Notes under the pieces: generated by a model | Database searches by the model: none | What the model was told of the DNA's origin: nothing | Seen by the model: the letters and a program-made list of their open reading frames with translations, nothing else | In this document: positions 1 to 8,430 of the stretch, one piece after another | Position numbering within the stretch: position 1 is the stretch's first letter | Layout of the letters: each line of letters opens with the position of its first letter | Source of the DNA: a virus | Lineage: Duplodnaviria; Heunggongvirae; Uroviricota; Caudoviricetes | Reading direction: 5' to 3' (one strand) | IMG/VR virus record: IMGVR_UViG_2529293142_000021 | Coordinates: 1 to 41,055 of that record | Length of the DNA stretch: 41,055 nt | Position numbers and translations under genes: made by a program

Positions 1-696
1 ATGAAAATTCGAAAATACCTCCCGATCTGCATTGCGCTGGTTCTCACTGGATGCAAAGTTGAACTCACCACGATTGTTAATATGGACGATGTCCTATCCA
101 GAGAACATAAGGAAGTCACCGCCGATCTTAATTTTGAGGTGGCAGCATGCAATGATTATGAAGACTCGCGGAAAGAGTCACAAAGCCTGACGCAGGTTAA
201 AGAACAGATCCCCGGCATATTTGACGGGGCCAAATATGTCGAGTGCTACAATAAAAAATTAAATTCCTACGCACATTTTCGCGTCCCGGTTGATGTAGGG
301 GCTATTTATGAAAATATGGTACTGGCTAACCCAAATGCGGATATTTTCGTGACTTCGAAAATAGATGATGGGAATATCGCTGTGTTGGCTCTTTCCGATA
401 AAGTGAGAGCAAAATTAGATAAGGCAAAGAAATCTGCAGCGACAGATTTTGATTTTGATATAAGCGTAACAATTATTCATCCTAGCAAACCAATTAAATT
501 TGTCACACAGGGTATTTTTGTTACTAATAGCCGTGAAGTGAAAACACCAATTGATTCAGGCTCTCTGGATTGGAATACTCCTACAGATATGACGTTTACG
601 TTATCTGATGTTGGAAGGGCGTCACTTTTCAAAAACGGGGTGCATGAAATATTGATGACAGAAGCGCGAGCAATAGATCGTATTAAATTGAAGTAA
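1..696 (+). CDS. putative lipoprotein, prophage cargo next to int
   Basis: 231-aa ORF starting at window position 1 (true start could lie upstream). N-terminus MKIRKYLPICIALVLTGC is a signal peptide plus lipobox. Visibly AT-rich compared with neighbouring phage genes. Occupies the slot between prophage end and int. Confidence 0.6.
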   Translation: MKIRKYLPICIALVLTGCKVELTTIVNMDDVLSREHKEVTADLNFEVAACNDYEDSRKESQSLTQVKEQIPGIFDGAKYVECYNKKLNSYAHFRVPVDVGAIYENMVLANPNADIFVTSKIDDGNIAVLALSDKVRAKLDKAKKSAATDFDFDISVTIIHPSKPIKFVTQGIFVTNSREVKTPIDSGSLDWNTPTDMTFTLSDVGRASLFKNGVHEILMTEARAIDRIKLK

Positions 697-706
697 TAAG
701 TTAGCT

Positions 707-738
707 GTTAGCCAAACATGTCGACCTGTTTGGCTAAC
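707..738. terminator. perfect 12-bp inverted repeat between convergent genes
   Basis: GTTAGCCAAACA tgtcgacc TGTTTGGCTAAC between the lipoprotein stop (696) and the int stop (740); no strong T-run, so it could instead be a protein-binding site. Confidence 0.4.
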
Positions 739-739
739 T

Positions 740-1867
740 TTAAACTGATACTTTAATCCAGTCCTTTCCGCGATCATCGTGGTATCGGTCCGTTTGCCTT
801 TGCGATTTGTGCCCCAGCAATTCTTTAGTATCAATACCCTGATCGCGGTAGAGTCGTTCTGCTAGTGATCTTTGTTCATGAAATGTGGCTGGAGTGCCGT
901 CGCCCCAGTCAAGTGCAGCCTGGTCGCGCGCCTTGCTAAAATTCATCGTTAGCGTGTTAGCCTTCACCTGTGCCCCGCGTTCCGCTTGCGAAGTTGCGCG
1001 AAAAAAATGCACGAGGTAAGGGCTGACGGCATAATCACGGCAGCGGGCGACAACTTCGCGCAAACTCCAATTGATTGCATTACAACGGAGCGCCAGTGGG
1101 ATTGCGACCTTACTCCCTGTTTTTTCCTGCACTACATGCAGATGGTCATCCCAAATATCAGTAAATTTCATTCTTGATATATCGCCTAATCGCTGACCTG
1201 TCACGACAGCAAGTAGCATGGCGTTGCCGAGGTATTTGTGAGTGGCGTCGGCAATATCAAAAATCTTCTGCCATTCTTCCAGGTTCAGGCGTTGCCGGGT
1301 AATTCTGCGCCGAGGCTGTTTAGTTGCCAGTGCAGGGTTGTGCCCTGGCGGAACCTCGCCAGCGTGTTGAGCCTCTTTGAAAACGTCAATGAGCACAGAG
1401 CGGATAACCTGCGCCATTCTGGGCTGGCCCGCAGAAAGATATTGGTCCAGAATCTGCGCTATGTCCCGAACCGTGACATCTGTTATTAACCTCATGCCAG
1501 CGGCCTCACGTAATAGATTCACCGGCTTAAGTTTTTGTTTGTGCGTATTGACCTTAATATCATCGATCTTTAAACGCTCGTCTTGTATTTTCCAGTATCG
1601 GTCCAGCCAGGTGTTAACAGTAATAGCGCCGCCTTTGCTGGTGGAAATGAGGTCTGTAATCGCCTGGACTTGCCTGGCGTGCTGTTCAGCGATCCGCCTG
1701 TTCGCCTCAATTGCGATTTCCGTAGCGACCGTTTCATCAGTGCCGAGTGCATGAAATTTGCCGGTAATCGGGTGCTTGTATCGCCAATAAATTTTTTTAG
1801 ATTTCCGGCTATACAGAGGGTACAGGTTAGGGATTTTTACGTTGTTTTTACGTGGTCTGGCAGCCAT
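740..1867 (-). CDS. int: tyrosine recombinase, phage integrase
   Basis: 375-aa ORF; C-terminal LLGHKS...TDRY tyrosine-recombinase signature; overlaps the xis-like gene as in lambda; same length as I recall for e14 IntE. Confidence 0.9.
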   Translation of the reverse strand: MAARPRKNNVKIPNLYPLYSRKSKKIYWRYKHPITGKFHALGTDETVATEIAIEANRRIAEQHARQVQAITDLISTSKGGAITVNTWLDRYWKIQDERLKIDDIKVNTHKQKLKPVNLLREAAGMRLITDVTVRDIAQILDQYLSAGQPRMAQVIRSVLIDVFKEAQHAGEVPPGHNPALATKQPRRRITRQRLNLEEWQKIFDIADATHKYLGNAMLLAVVTGQRLGDISRMKFTDIWDDHLHVVQEKTGSKVAIPLALRCNAINWSLREVVARCRDYAVSPYLVHFFRATSQAERGAQVKANTLTMNFSKARDQAALDWGDGTPATFHEQRSLAERLYRDQGIDTKELLGHKSQRQTDRYHDDRGKDWIKVSV

Positions 1868-2093
1868 CGTTTAAAATCCTCTGTAACATTATCGGGTCTG
1901 ATTTTCTAATCACTGGCTGGGCTATGCTGCCAGTAATTTCGGCATCCTCCCTAACTCTCCAATATTTCCCCTCTTTTCTGGCTGGTGGATTAAACATGCT
2001 TTGCTTTGCGTACCGGCGCAACGTGTCCAGGCTTGGGGGATTGCTCCGGTACTTGTCTGCACGCCATTCCTCAAGAGTTAACATTTGGATCAT
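1848..2093 (-). CDS. xis: excisionase, lambda Xis-like
   Basis: MLTLEEWRADKYRSNPPSLDTLRRYAKQSMFNPPARKEGKYWRV parallels lambda Xis as I recall it (MYLTLQEWNARQRRPRSLETVRRW...). Start chosen at an internal Met; the ORF extends to 2117. Confidence 0.75.
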   Translation of the reverse strand: MIQMLTLEEWRADKYRSNPPSLDTLRRYAKQSMFNPPARKEGKYWRVREDAEITGSIAQPVIRKSDPIMLQRILNDGCQTT

Positions 2094-2134
2094 GGTTTTT
2101 TGCTCCAGACCGCCCACGAACGGGCGGGACGTTA

Positions 2135-2365
2135 TTATTGCTGATACTGTTTTAACAGAGCTTCTACGCTCCCCACGATACTGCTAACCAGTTCATCGCG
2201 ATCCCGCGCCAGTGTGTCGCGCTCTCGCTCCAGTCGTTTGCAGCGTTCTACCAGAGCTACGGCAGTTACAGGTAATAAATTAATATCAGTCACGCTGCCG
2301 TGCATTATTACAGCCAGGCGATTGAGCATGAGCCGATCCTCGCTTTCTGTTTCCAGAATTACCAT
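2135..2365 (-). CDS. hypothetical early-left protein
   Basis: 76-aa ORF co-oriented with int/xis; no motif recognised. Confidence 0.45.
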   Translation of the reverse strand: MVILETESEDRLMLNRLAVIMHGSVTDINLLPVTAVALVERCKRLERERDTLARDRDELVSSIVGSVEALLKQYQQ

Positions 2366-2384
2366 TCACTATTCCTCGTTTAAA

Positions 2385-2600
2385 TTAACGCTCTATAAAC
2401 CGCCCGTTTAATACTCCAATTGTCCAGACAAATCGAATAAACGGAATTCCGAGCGGTTTTATTTTCTCGTAATGTTTAGCTAATATTGGGCGGCTAACGT
2501 CATCAAATTTGGGTTTTGGTTCCCGCCTGACTGCCGCTTTTAATTCCTCGTTACATTGACGCGCTACAGCTCGTAACGCGTTTTCCTGATCCTGAGTCAT
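2385..2600 (-). CDS. hypothetical early-left protein
   Basis: 71-aa ORF in the early-left operon; no motif recognised. Confidence 0.4.
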   Translation of the reverse strand: MTQDQENALRAVARQCNEELKAAVRREPKPKFDDVSRPILAKHYEKIKPLGIPFIRFVWTIGVLNGRFIER

Positions 2601-2689
2601 TAGTCATTACACGGATAGTAATAATAGTCAGGGTCGCAATCGATGCATATTTTAGACTGACCGTAATAAAGCGCAAAAACCATTTTTTT

Positions 2690-3415
2690 TCAGCGCGATT
2701 TAATTAAATTGGTACTTACAATGTGCTGAACATGTCTTTCGTCAATTTTGGCGCTATAAACTTCATACACCTGGTGACCATCAATTGTTTCACCCTCCAG
2801 AGCGCGCATGCTGATATTGTTATCGAGGCGATATTGACTGCGCAGGCCGTGAATTCGTGATTCAGGATCTGGCGATTTATCAAAATATAAGCTTTTATAG
2901 TCATGGCTTAACATTGAATATTCGCTGTCAATCAGTCGTATGTCTGGGCGTTCCCAGCCATTCTCTGCCGCCTGTTCTACGTTAGCATCAATAAAGGCGT
3001 CTAAAAATTCGCTTAATTTAATAACCGGTGGTAACAGCGATTCGTCCATGACTTCTTTAAGCATTTTCTCGGCCTTGACTATCATTGAATCAGCAACACC
3101 GCTTCCGGCGAACGTTTCGCGCAGGCGTTGTGTGATCATGTCGTTGTATCGCCCCAGGTCGATGACATTTTCCATATTGCCTGGCAGGGCTGCGCGGAAC
3201 GCCTCTTTAGTGGATTTTGAAAAATCACTGTAATTAGAGAAAACATCATTAACGATACCGTTAACGCACGATTCGATTTTGGAGTCGATGATTTGCAGCA
3301 TTTTTGGGCTAGTTGAAAACGCAGCAATACGCCCCGCTAATACCTCGCCAATACTCTGACGTGCTAAAATATTAATATCGGCATCATTCAGTTGGTTTTT
3401 ATTTTGTTCGTCCAT
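2690..3415 (-). CDS. hypothetical protein, early-left accessory
   Basis: 241-aa ORF, somewhat AT-rich, between the xis region and the immunity region; no recognisable catalytic motif. Confidence 0.6.
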   Translation of the reverse strand: MDEQNKNQLNDADINILARQSIGEVLAGRIAAFSTSPKMLQIIDSKIESCVNGIVNDVFSNYSDFSKSTKEAFRAALPGNMENVIDLGRYNDMITQRLRETFAGSGVADSMIVKAEKMLKEVMDESLLPPVIKLSEFLDAFIDANVEQAAENGWERPDIRLIDSEYSMLSHDYKSLYFDKSPDPESRIHGLRSQYRLDNNISMRALEGETIDGHQVYEVYSAKIDERHVQHIVSTNLIKSR

Positions 3416-3491
3416 TTAAATTGCTCCTGATTAAATTTAGGTTGCAGAAATCCCCGCCAACGAGTGGCGTAATAATTCGCAGTGTTGCTGA

Positions 3492-3752
3492 TTACTGAAT
3501 TTGTGGTTTGCCGCGCTCGTTTAAAAACACATCAACGATGCAGTTAGATACCCGTTTTTGTTCAAACGGGCGGAGTAAATACAGATTGCCGCCGGTATTT
3601 GCTGACGCGCGCCAGGTCATGCCGTTGTGGCGTAACAGTGTGCCAGGTGCAACGGTGCTGCTGTGCTCCTGTTTTGTGCCGTAGTTACCAATCATAAGAC
3701 CCCCAAAAATTTTTGCCCTTAAGCCGGGCCGCTGAACGTTTTCCCGTCGCAC
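3492..3752 (-). CDS. hypothetical protein, first gene of leftward early operon
   Basis: 86-aa ORF; true start may be the internal MIGNYGTK Met. Lies downstream of an operator-like region at 3775-3802. Confidence 0.4.
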   Translation of the reverse strand: MRRENVQRPGLRAKIFGGLMIGNYGTKQEHSSTVAPGTLLRHNGMTWRASANTGGNLYLLRPFEQKRVSNCIVDVFLNERGKPQIQ

Positions 3753-3774
3753 CGGTGTGCTTCGATGTATACAG

Positions 3775-3802
3775 TGTCAGTTATTGACTGACTTGTGTCA
3801 AT
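3775..3802. promoter_or_regulatory. operator-like cluster (PL-like), TGTCAG/TGACA half-sites
   Basis: TGTCAG ttat TGACTGAC ttg TGTCAA shares half-site motifs with the palindrome upstream of the cro-like gene (4730-4742). Confidence 0.35.
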
Positions 3803-3916
3803 CGCGGGCTTACATATTTTTGCTGGCATTCCTGCTGGTGGAGCATAAGCGCATAAAATCTAAACGTTTTTACGCCATTATTTTTTTGCTGGAGGGGCTT
3901 TTTAGGTGTGCTGAGA

Positions 3917-4270
3917 TTATTTGTCGCGACGTTTAATAGACGTCTGATACTGCTGCTCGAGCTGGTGGAGTGCTGCTATAGCCTCAGAATAGGGGAGCTG
4001 ACGGAACGCGCGGAGTAACCGGATCTCATCGTCAGTGAGAGTGGTTAGATCTGGTGATTCTGTGCCGTAATCCAGCCAGGCTGGGGAGACGATGAGGTAT
4101 TCCGCCAGGGCGGACAATTTATCACTTCGCGGACGCGCGGTGCCGAGGGTGTACCGCCGCGCCATCTCATACGTAACAGAACAGACGGCGCTTAACTCTT
4201 TAACGGTTACGCGCCTTTTCTGCATTTCGGCAGTGAGCCGTTCAGCGAACGCGGCATATTTAGCGGGCAT
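3917..4270 (-). CDS. HTH regulator, CI-like paralog
   Basis: 117-aa protein with N-terminal HTH-like segment (VTVKELSAVCSVTYEMARRY) and a C-terminal region resembling that of the adjacent repressor (LRAFRQLP vs VYRALPP). Confidence 0.55.
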   Translation of the reverse strand: MPAKYAAFAERLTAEMQKRRVTVKELSAVCSVTYEMARRYTLGTARPRSDKLSALAEYLIVSPAWLDYGTESPDLTTLTDDEIRLLRAFRQLPYSEAIAALHQLEQQYQTSIKRRDK

Positions 4271-4276
4271 AAATTG

Positions 4277-4660
4277 TTATTTCTGGCGGGTCACTGGATC
4301 AACATTGTTAGCGTAATAATCGCGTAATGCCTCCAGCCTCATTTGAAACGCTGCGAGCATGTTGCGCTGCTCGATCGGGGGTAATGCTCTGTATACGTCA
4401 ACGAGCGCCCGTTCATCCTCGCTGAGAGCGCCCGCAGTTTTCTCGTCTTTCCCCGTGAGTAGCCAGTCCAGAGAAACATTGGCGGCGGCTGCGATTTTGG
4501 CGGCAGCCGCCTTACTGATAGTGCCTCGTTTGTGCCAGCCGTAAACCGACGACCGACTAACGTCGGCAATCCTGCCCATGTCGGCATCATTCCAGTGATT
4601 GCGCGTCGCTATCTCGTAAAGCCGCGCAGATAGCGGGGTGTCGTACGTTGTTTTTTTCAT
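4277..4660 (-). CDS. phage repressor, CI-like HTH protein
   Basis: 127-aa ORF transcribed divergently from the cro-like gene; HTH-like segment MGRIADVSRSSVYGWHKRG; position equivalent to cI. Confidence 0.65.
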   Translation of the reverse strand: MKKTTYDTPLSARLYEIATRNHWNDADMGRIADVSRSSVYGWHKRGTISKAAAAKIAAAANVSLDWLLTGKDEKTAGALSEDERALVDVYRALPPIEQRNMLAAFQMRLEALRDYYANNVDPVTRQK

Positions 4661-4767
4661 ACGGGCAATTATACGGCTTTACCTGATAGAAACAATTTAT
4701 ATTCCTGTTGACACGCTGTAAGGTTGTAGCTGACAATGTCAGTCATGGATTTACAAGGGGAACGATC
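4661..4767. promoter_or_regulatory. divergent promoter/operator region of the immunity switch
   Basis: Intergenic between divergent repressor and cro-like genes. TTGACA at 4708-4713; perfect 13-bp palindrome CTGACAATGTCAG at 4730-4742; AAGGGG Shine-Dalgarno before the ATG at 4768. Confidence 0.55.
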
Positions 4768-5181
4768 ATGACGGGTTTAGATAGAGCTATAAAAATTATC
4801 GGCAACCAGTGCCGCCTGGCTCTGGCGCTAAACGTGAGCGCCATGTCGGTAAACGACTGGGTGCATAAATACAAGGGCCGCGTTCCATCAGGGCGGGTCC
4901 AGGGAATTTTCCAAATTACCGGCGTTACTCCGCACGAGCTGCGCCCGGATTTGTACCCGAATCCAACGGACGGCCTGACCAGCTCGGCAGAGGCAGCACC
5001 GGTACGTCAGGGGGTGAGTGAGCAGGTGGGCGAATCAGTGCGCGAGTGTGCCGAGGCTCATTGCGCAGTGCTCACAAACGCGCCACCCGAGATTCAGGAG
5101 CGCGAGGCCCTCCAGGCAATAGCAGCGCTGGTCCCGTTTGTGCCTGGTCACCGGGTGTTAATCCTGCCGCGTGAGCAATAA
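4768..5181 (+). CDS. Cro-like HTH regulator with C-terminal extension
   Basis: Start taken at MTGLDRAIKIIGNQCRLALALNVSAMSVNDWV, which has a good RBS; the ORF track starts earlier at 4708. First rightward gene of the switch. Confidence 0.6.
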   Translation: MTGLDRAIKIIGNQCRLALALNVSAMSVNDWVHKYKGRVPSGRVQGIFQITGVTPHELRPDLYPNPTDGLTSSAEAAPVRQGVSEQVGESVRECAEAHCAVLTNAPPEIQEREALQAIAALVPFVPGHRVLILPREQ

Positions 5182-5193
5182 GCGGAGTATCGC

Positions 5194-6120
5194 ATGAGCG
5201 TGAAATTATCCGCGTGGGTTTGGGACGGTTGCGCGGCGGCGGGCATCAAAGGCAACAAGCTGCTGATCATGCTGCGCCTGGCTGATTACGCGAGCGACGA
5301 GGGGATCGCCTATCCGAGCGTGGCAACGATTGCACGGCAACTGGGAGCGGGCCGCAGCACCGTGATCGGGTTAATCAATGAACTGGTGCGCGACGGCTGG
5401 CTAACAAAACGAGAGCGCCGTCAGGGTCAACGCAGCACCAGTAATCTCTATACGCTGAATGTTTCGCGGTTGCGCAGAGCCGCCGCCGAGGCATACGCCG
5501 GGGGTCCAGATTCTGGACGTCCAGAAACTGAACCGCCAGAAACTGAACGTCCAGAAAACCCCAAAAAACCCGGTTCTGAGGGTCCAGAATCTGGACACGA
5601 TCCGTCAGTAAATTCAAAACAAGATCCGTCAGTAGAAAAACCTATTAGTCCGGACGCTACGCAACCGGACGCCGAACGGGGTGATGCAGATGAACTTTTA
5701 AACGGTCACCCGGAGGCTGTGATTTTCAGTGCGAAAAAGCGCCAGTGGGGGAGCCGTGAGGACCTGACCTGTGCGGAATGGATTTGGGGGAAAGTCGTGA
5801 GGCTGTACGAGCGGGCCGCTGAGTCAGACGGCGAGGTTGTACGACCGAGGGAGCCGAACTGGGCGGCCTGGGCAAACGAGGTGCGGCTGATGTGCAACCA
5901 AGACGGCAGGACGCATCGCCAGATCTGCGAGTTGTTCGAACGGGCAAACCGCGATCCGTTCTGGTGCAAAAACATTCTGTCACCGGGAAAGCTCCGCGAA
6001 AAATGGGATGACCTGTCGCTAAAACTCGCCGCGTACAGCGTGCCGCGCGAGGACCAGAATTTTAGAGCGAGCTACGACGACGTGGATTACAGCAAAGTGC
6101 CTGACGGGTTCAGGGTGTAG
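5194..6120 (+). CDS. replication initiation protein, O-like
   Basis: 308-aa ORF directly after cro-like gene; N-terminal HTH-like segment (YPSVATIARQLGAGRSTVIGLINEL); contains an internal cluster of short DNA repeats as expected for an origin inside an O-type gene. Confidence 0.65.
   Translation: MSVKLSAWVWDGCAAAGIKGNKLLIMLRLADYASDEGIAYPSVATIARQLGAGRSTVIGLINELVRDGWLTKRERRQGQRSTSNLYTLNVSRLRRAAAEAYAGGPDSGRPETEPPETERPENPKKPGSEGPESGHDPSVNSKQDPSVEKPISPDATQPDAERGDADELLNGHPEAVIFSAKKRQWGSREDLTCAEWIWGKVVRLYERAAESDGEVVRPREPNWAAWANEVRLMCNQDGRTHRQICELFERANRDPFWCKNILSPGKLREKWDDLSLKLAAYSVPREDQNFRASYDDVDYSKVPDGFRV
5500..5640. repeat. iteron-like repeat cluster, candidate origin
   Basis: GTCCAGAAACTGAAC repeated in tandem (about 5519-5559), TCCAGA(T/A)TCTGGA palindromes at about 5504-5518 and 5581-5596, GATCCGTCAGTA twice (about 5599-5634). 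Encodes the PETEPPETERPE low-complexity segment. Confidence 0.5.
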
Positions 6121-6162
6121 CACGCCAATCAATTGATTCAAATATATAAACGAGGTGAATTT

Positions 6163-6873
6163 ATGGAAACTGTACTTGATGCGCTATCAGCGATGGGCAA
6201 GGCGAGCTATCGCGAAATCGCAGCCCGCCTGGTGATTGAACCGGTAGAAGCGTTAAACATGCTGCGCGACCAACGGGAACAGGGCAAATGCGATTTTGAG
6301 GACGGCGGCTGGTTTGTCTGCGGCGGAGCTAAATCAGTGCCACGGCCCCGCACTAAAAACCCCCGCGGCGAGGATTTGCCGCCAGTCGATCCAGTGGCGG
6401 TGGCGGCGCTGTTGCGCAGCAAGGGGCCGATGACCGCAACTGAACTGGCTGTTGCGTTCGACCGTGATCCACGCGGAATGCCTGGTTGTTTGCAGGGGCT
6501 GGCGCTGCGGGGTGTGGTCGAAAAGCTCGGGCAGGGCCGCCGCGTTACCTGGTCTGTGCCGGGTTACGTACCCGCGGAACCGCAAACAGAGCCGCAGGAA
6601 ACAGCACCAGCAGTGCCAGCAACAACAGAAACCGCAGTACCGGAGGTCGCGCAGGCAGAAGCCACCCCGGCACCAGAAAAAACGGTAGCGGAGCTGGTGG
6701 ACACTATCCCGACGTTCGTCGGTCGCCCGGATGACCTGCTGATCCCCACTGTGCGTAGTATCTCTAACGAAATACGACGAACTAAATCAAAACTCGCTGC
6801 GCTCGAAAATCTGCGCGATTCAGTGCGCACAATTCGACGCTATCAGCATATTGCCCGGGAGATTTCACAATGA
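6163..6873 (+). CDS. hypothetical replication-module protein
   Basis: Start at METVLDAL; two winged-helix-like segments (ASYREIAARL, MTATELAVAF) and a Pro/Glu/Thr-rich linker. No Walker motif. Confidence 0.5.
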   Translation: METVLDALSAMGKASYREIAARLVIEPVEALNMLRDQREQGKCDFEDGGWFVCGGAKSVPRPRTKNPRGEDLPPVDPVAVAALLRSKGPMTATELAVAFDRDPRGMPGCLQGLALRGVVEKLGQGRRVTWSVPGYVPAEPQTEPQETAPAVPATTETAVPEVAQAEATPAPEKTVAELVDTIPTFVGRPDDLLIPTVRSISNEIRRTKSKLAALENLRDSVRTIRRYQHIAREISQ

Positions 6874-7091
6874 GCGCCGCGAATTTACCCGCCTGCCCGG
6901 AGTGCGGAAACAGACCTGAATACGCATTCAAAATTGACTACCAGGGCTGGCACCGTGGCGGGCTGAAATGCCCCTACGACCACCACCGCGTATCACTCGA
7001 CAGCCCGGCGGGTACGCGCAAAAACGCAGAGGAAAGGCTGGCCCCACAGTGGTGTGAGCTGGTCGCAAAAATACAGGGAGAGACAGAATGA
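6870..7091 (+). CDS. small Cys-rich zinc-ribbon protein
   Basis: 73 aa with CPECG...CPYDHH...WC; start overlaps the previous stop. Confidence 0.4.
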   Translation: MSAANLPACPECGNRPEYAFKIDYQGWHRGGLKCPYDHHRVSLDSPAGTRKNAEERLAPQWCELVAKIQGETE

Positions 7092-8407
7092 GCGACGCAG
7101 CGATGATCATTGCGCCAACAGATATTCGCGAGATGGTGCGTGAGGTAGAGACGGCTTATTACCGGTATCTCGAAGAATTCCGCATCCCGGACGATCACAA
7201 AATCGTTGTGAATTTCTCCGCAGGAAAAGACAGCACTACAACAGCGACCATTGCGCATCACCTGTTCGGCGACCGTGTTAAAAATGTTATGGCGGATACT
7301 GATAACGAGCATGAATTAACTGTCGATTTTGCTCGTAATGTCCATCATCAAATCGGTTGTAAACCTGTTCAAATTGTTAAGCGCATTTACACCGAGGCGG
7401 AGTTTGAGCGCCGTCGCCAGTCTCTCAAAGACCGCTGGCCTAAACGCCAGGCAATTAGAATGGGGGCATATCGAGGTGTAATCATGCCATCGTTGGCGCG
7501 GGCAGATACCAAATTTGGTCAGGCATGGTTACGCACCGCTGAGCGCTGGGGGATTGAGTTTGAGACACCTCTGGAGGCCGCTATTTCAGTGATGCATCCG
7601 AGCGGAAACAGCTTCCTGGATGCTGCGTTATTGCATGGCAAATTTCCAATGCTGAGAGACCGTTTTTGTACTGACGAACTGAAAATTCAGATCGCTTTTG
7701 ACGCTGCGATAAAACCACTTTTGGATGATGGAGAGGTCGTCGTTCAGTGGTCTGGCGTTCGCGCAGATGAGTCTGACAAGCGCGCCGGTTATTCGAGATT
7801 TGCGCGTGACGAGCGTGATCCAGATTTCCTCTATAACTTCCTGCCTATTCATAAATGGACAGCGGCAGATGTTTTTGCGTTGCATAAATATTTCGGTATT
7901 AAACCAAATCCTCTGTACGTGCAGGGTGCGTCCCGTGTCGGTTGCATGAACTGCGTGTTGAGCACCAAAGAGGAAATTTCTGAGACGGCTGCACGCTGGC
8001 CTGAGCATATCGAAAAACACCATGCATGGGAGAAGAAAGTACGCCTGGCATCACGCTGGGTGCATTGGATGAGTGTCGGAACGGAAAGTCAGGCATGGAT
8101 GCGGTCACAGTTGGGATTTCGCATCGAAGCCTGGATGGGAGAGGATGAATTTACCGGAGAGGAAATTATGCGGAGCAGGAAATATCCAATAAACCTCGGT
8201 ACGGATATCAAACTATACGGCTTAGAGCCAGACATTCAGCGCATTGAGTGGTCAGGATTCTACGGGCCGCGCGGGAATATGGGTGCGCCGTCAGCGATTG
8301 ATGTTGTTGAGTGGGCGAAAACCGGGCGCGGCGGAAAGGTTTATGATCTGGTGAAGGCCAGCATGAACACTGCCGTGTGCTCTTCACGTTACGGATTATG
8401 CGAATAG
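7088..8407 (+). CDS. PAPS reductase-like PP-loop protein
   Basis: 439-aa ORF with PP-loop motif FSAGKDS near the N-terminus, as in the PAPS reductase / DndC-like family. Confidence 0.75.
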   Translation: MSDAAMIIAPTDIREMVREVETAYYRYLEEFRIPDDHKIVVNFSAGKDSTTTATIAHHLFGDRVKNVMADTDNEHELTVDFARNVHHQIGCKPVQIVKRIYTEAEFERRRQSLKDRWPKRQAIRMGAYRGVIMPSLARADTKFGQAWLRTAERWGIEFETPLEAAISVMHPSGNSFLDAALLHGKFPMLRDRFCTDELKIQIAFDAAIKPLLDDGEVVVQWSGVRADESDKRAGYSRFARDERDPDFLYNFLPIHKWTAADVFALHKYFGIKPNPLYVQGASRVGCMNCVLSTKEEISETAARWPEHIEKHHAWEKKVRLASRWVHWMSVGTESQAWMRSQLGFRIEAWMGEDEFTGEEIMRSRKYPINLGTDIKLYGLEPDIQRIEWSGFYGPRGNMGAPSAIDVVEWAKTGRGGKVYDLVKASMNTAVCSSRYGLCE

Positions 8408-8430
8408 GAACATATTCAGGAAGTGGAATA

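Noticed and set aside
5500-5640. CRISPR-like short repeats
   Set aside because: The repeats are few, irregular, inside a coding sequence and not separated by unique spacers; they fit origin iterons. No CRISPR array is present anywhere in the window.
5375-6830. Multiple antisense or alternative-frame ORFs inside the replication genes (5375-5617, 5706-5983, 6207-6422, 6334-6585, 6452-6734, 6564-6830)
   Set aside because: All overlap stronger sense-strand ORFs and have low-complexity Arg/Ser/Pro-rich translations; treated as spurious.
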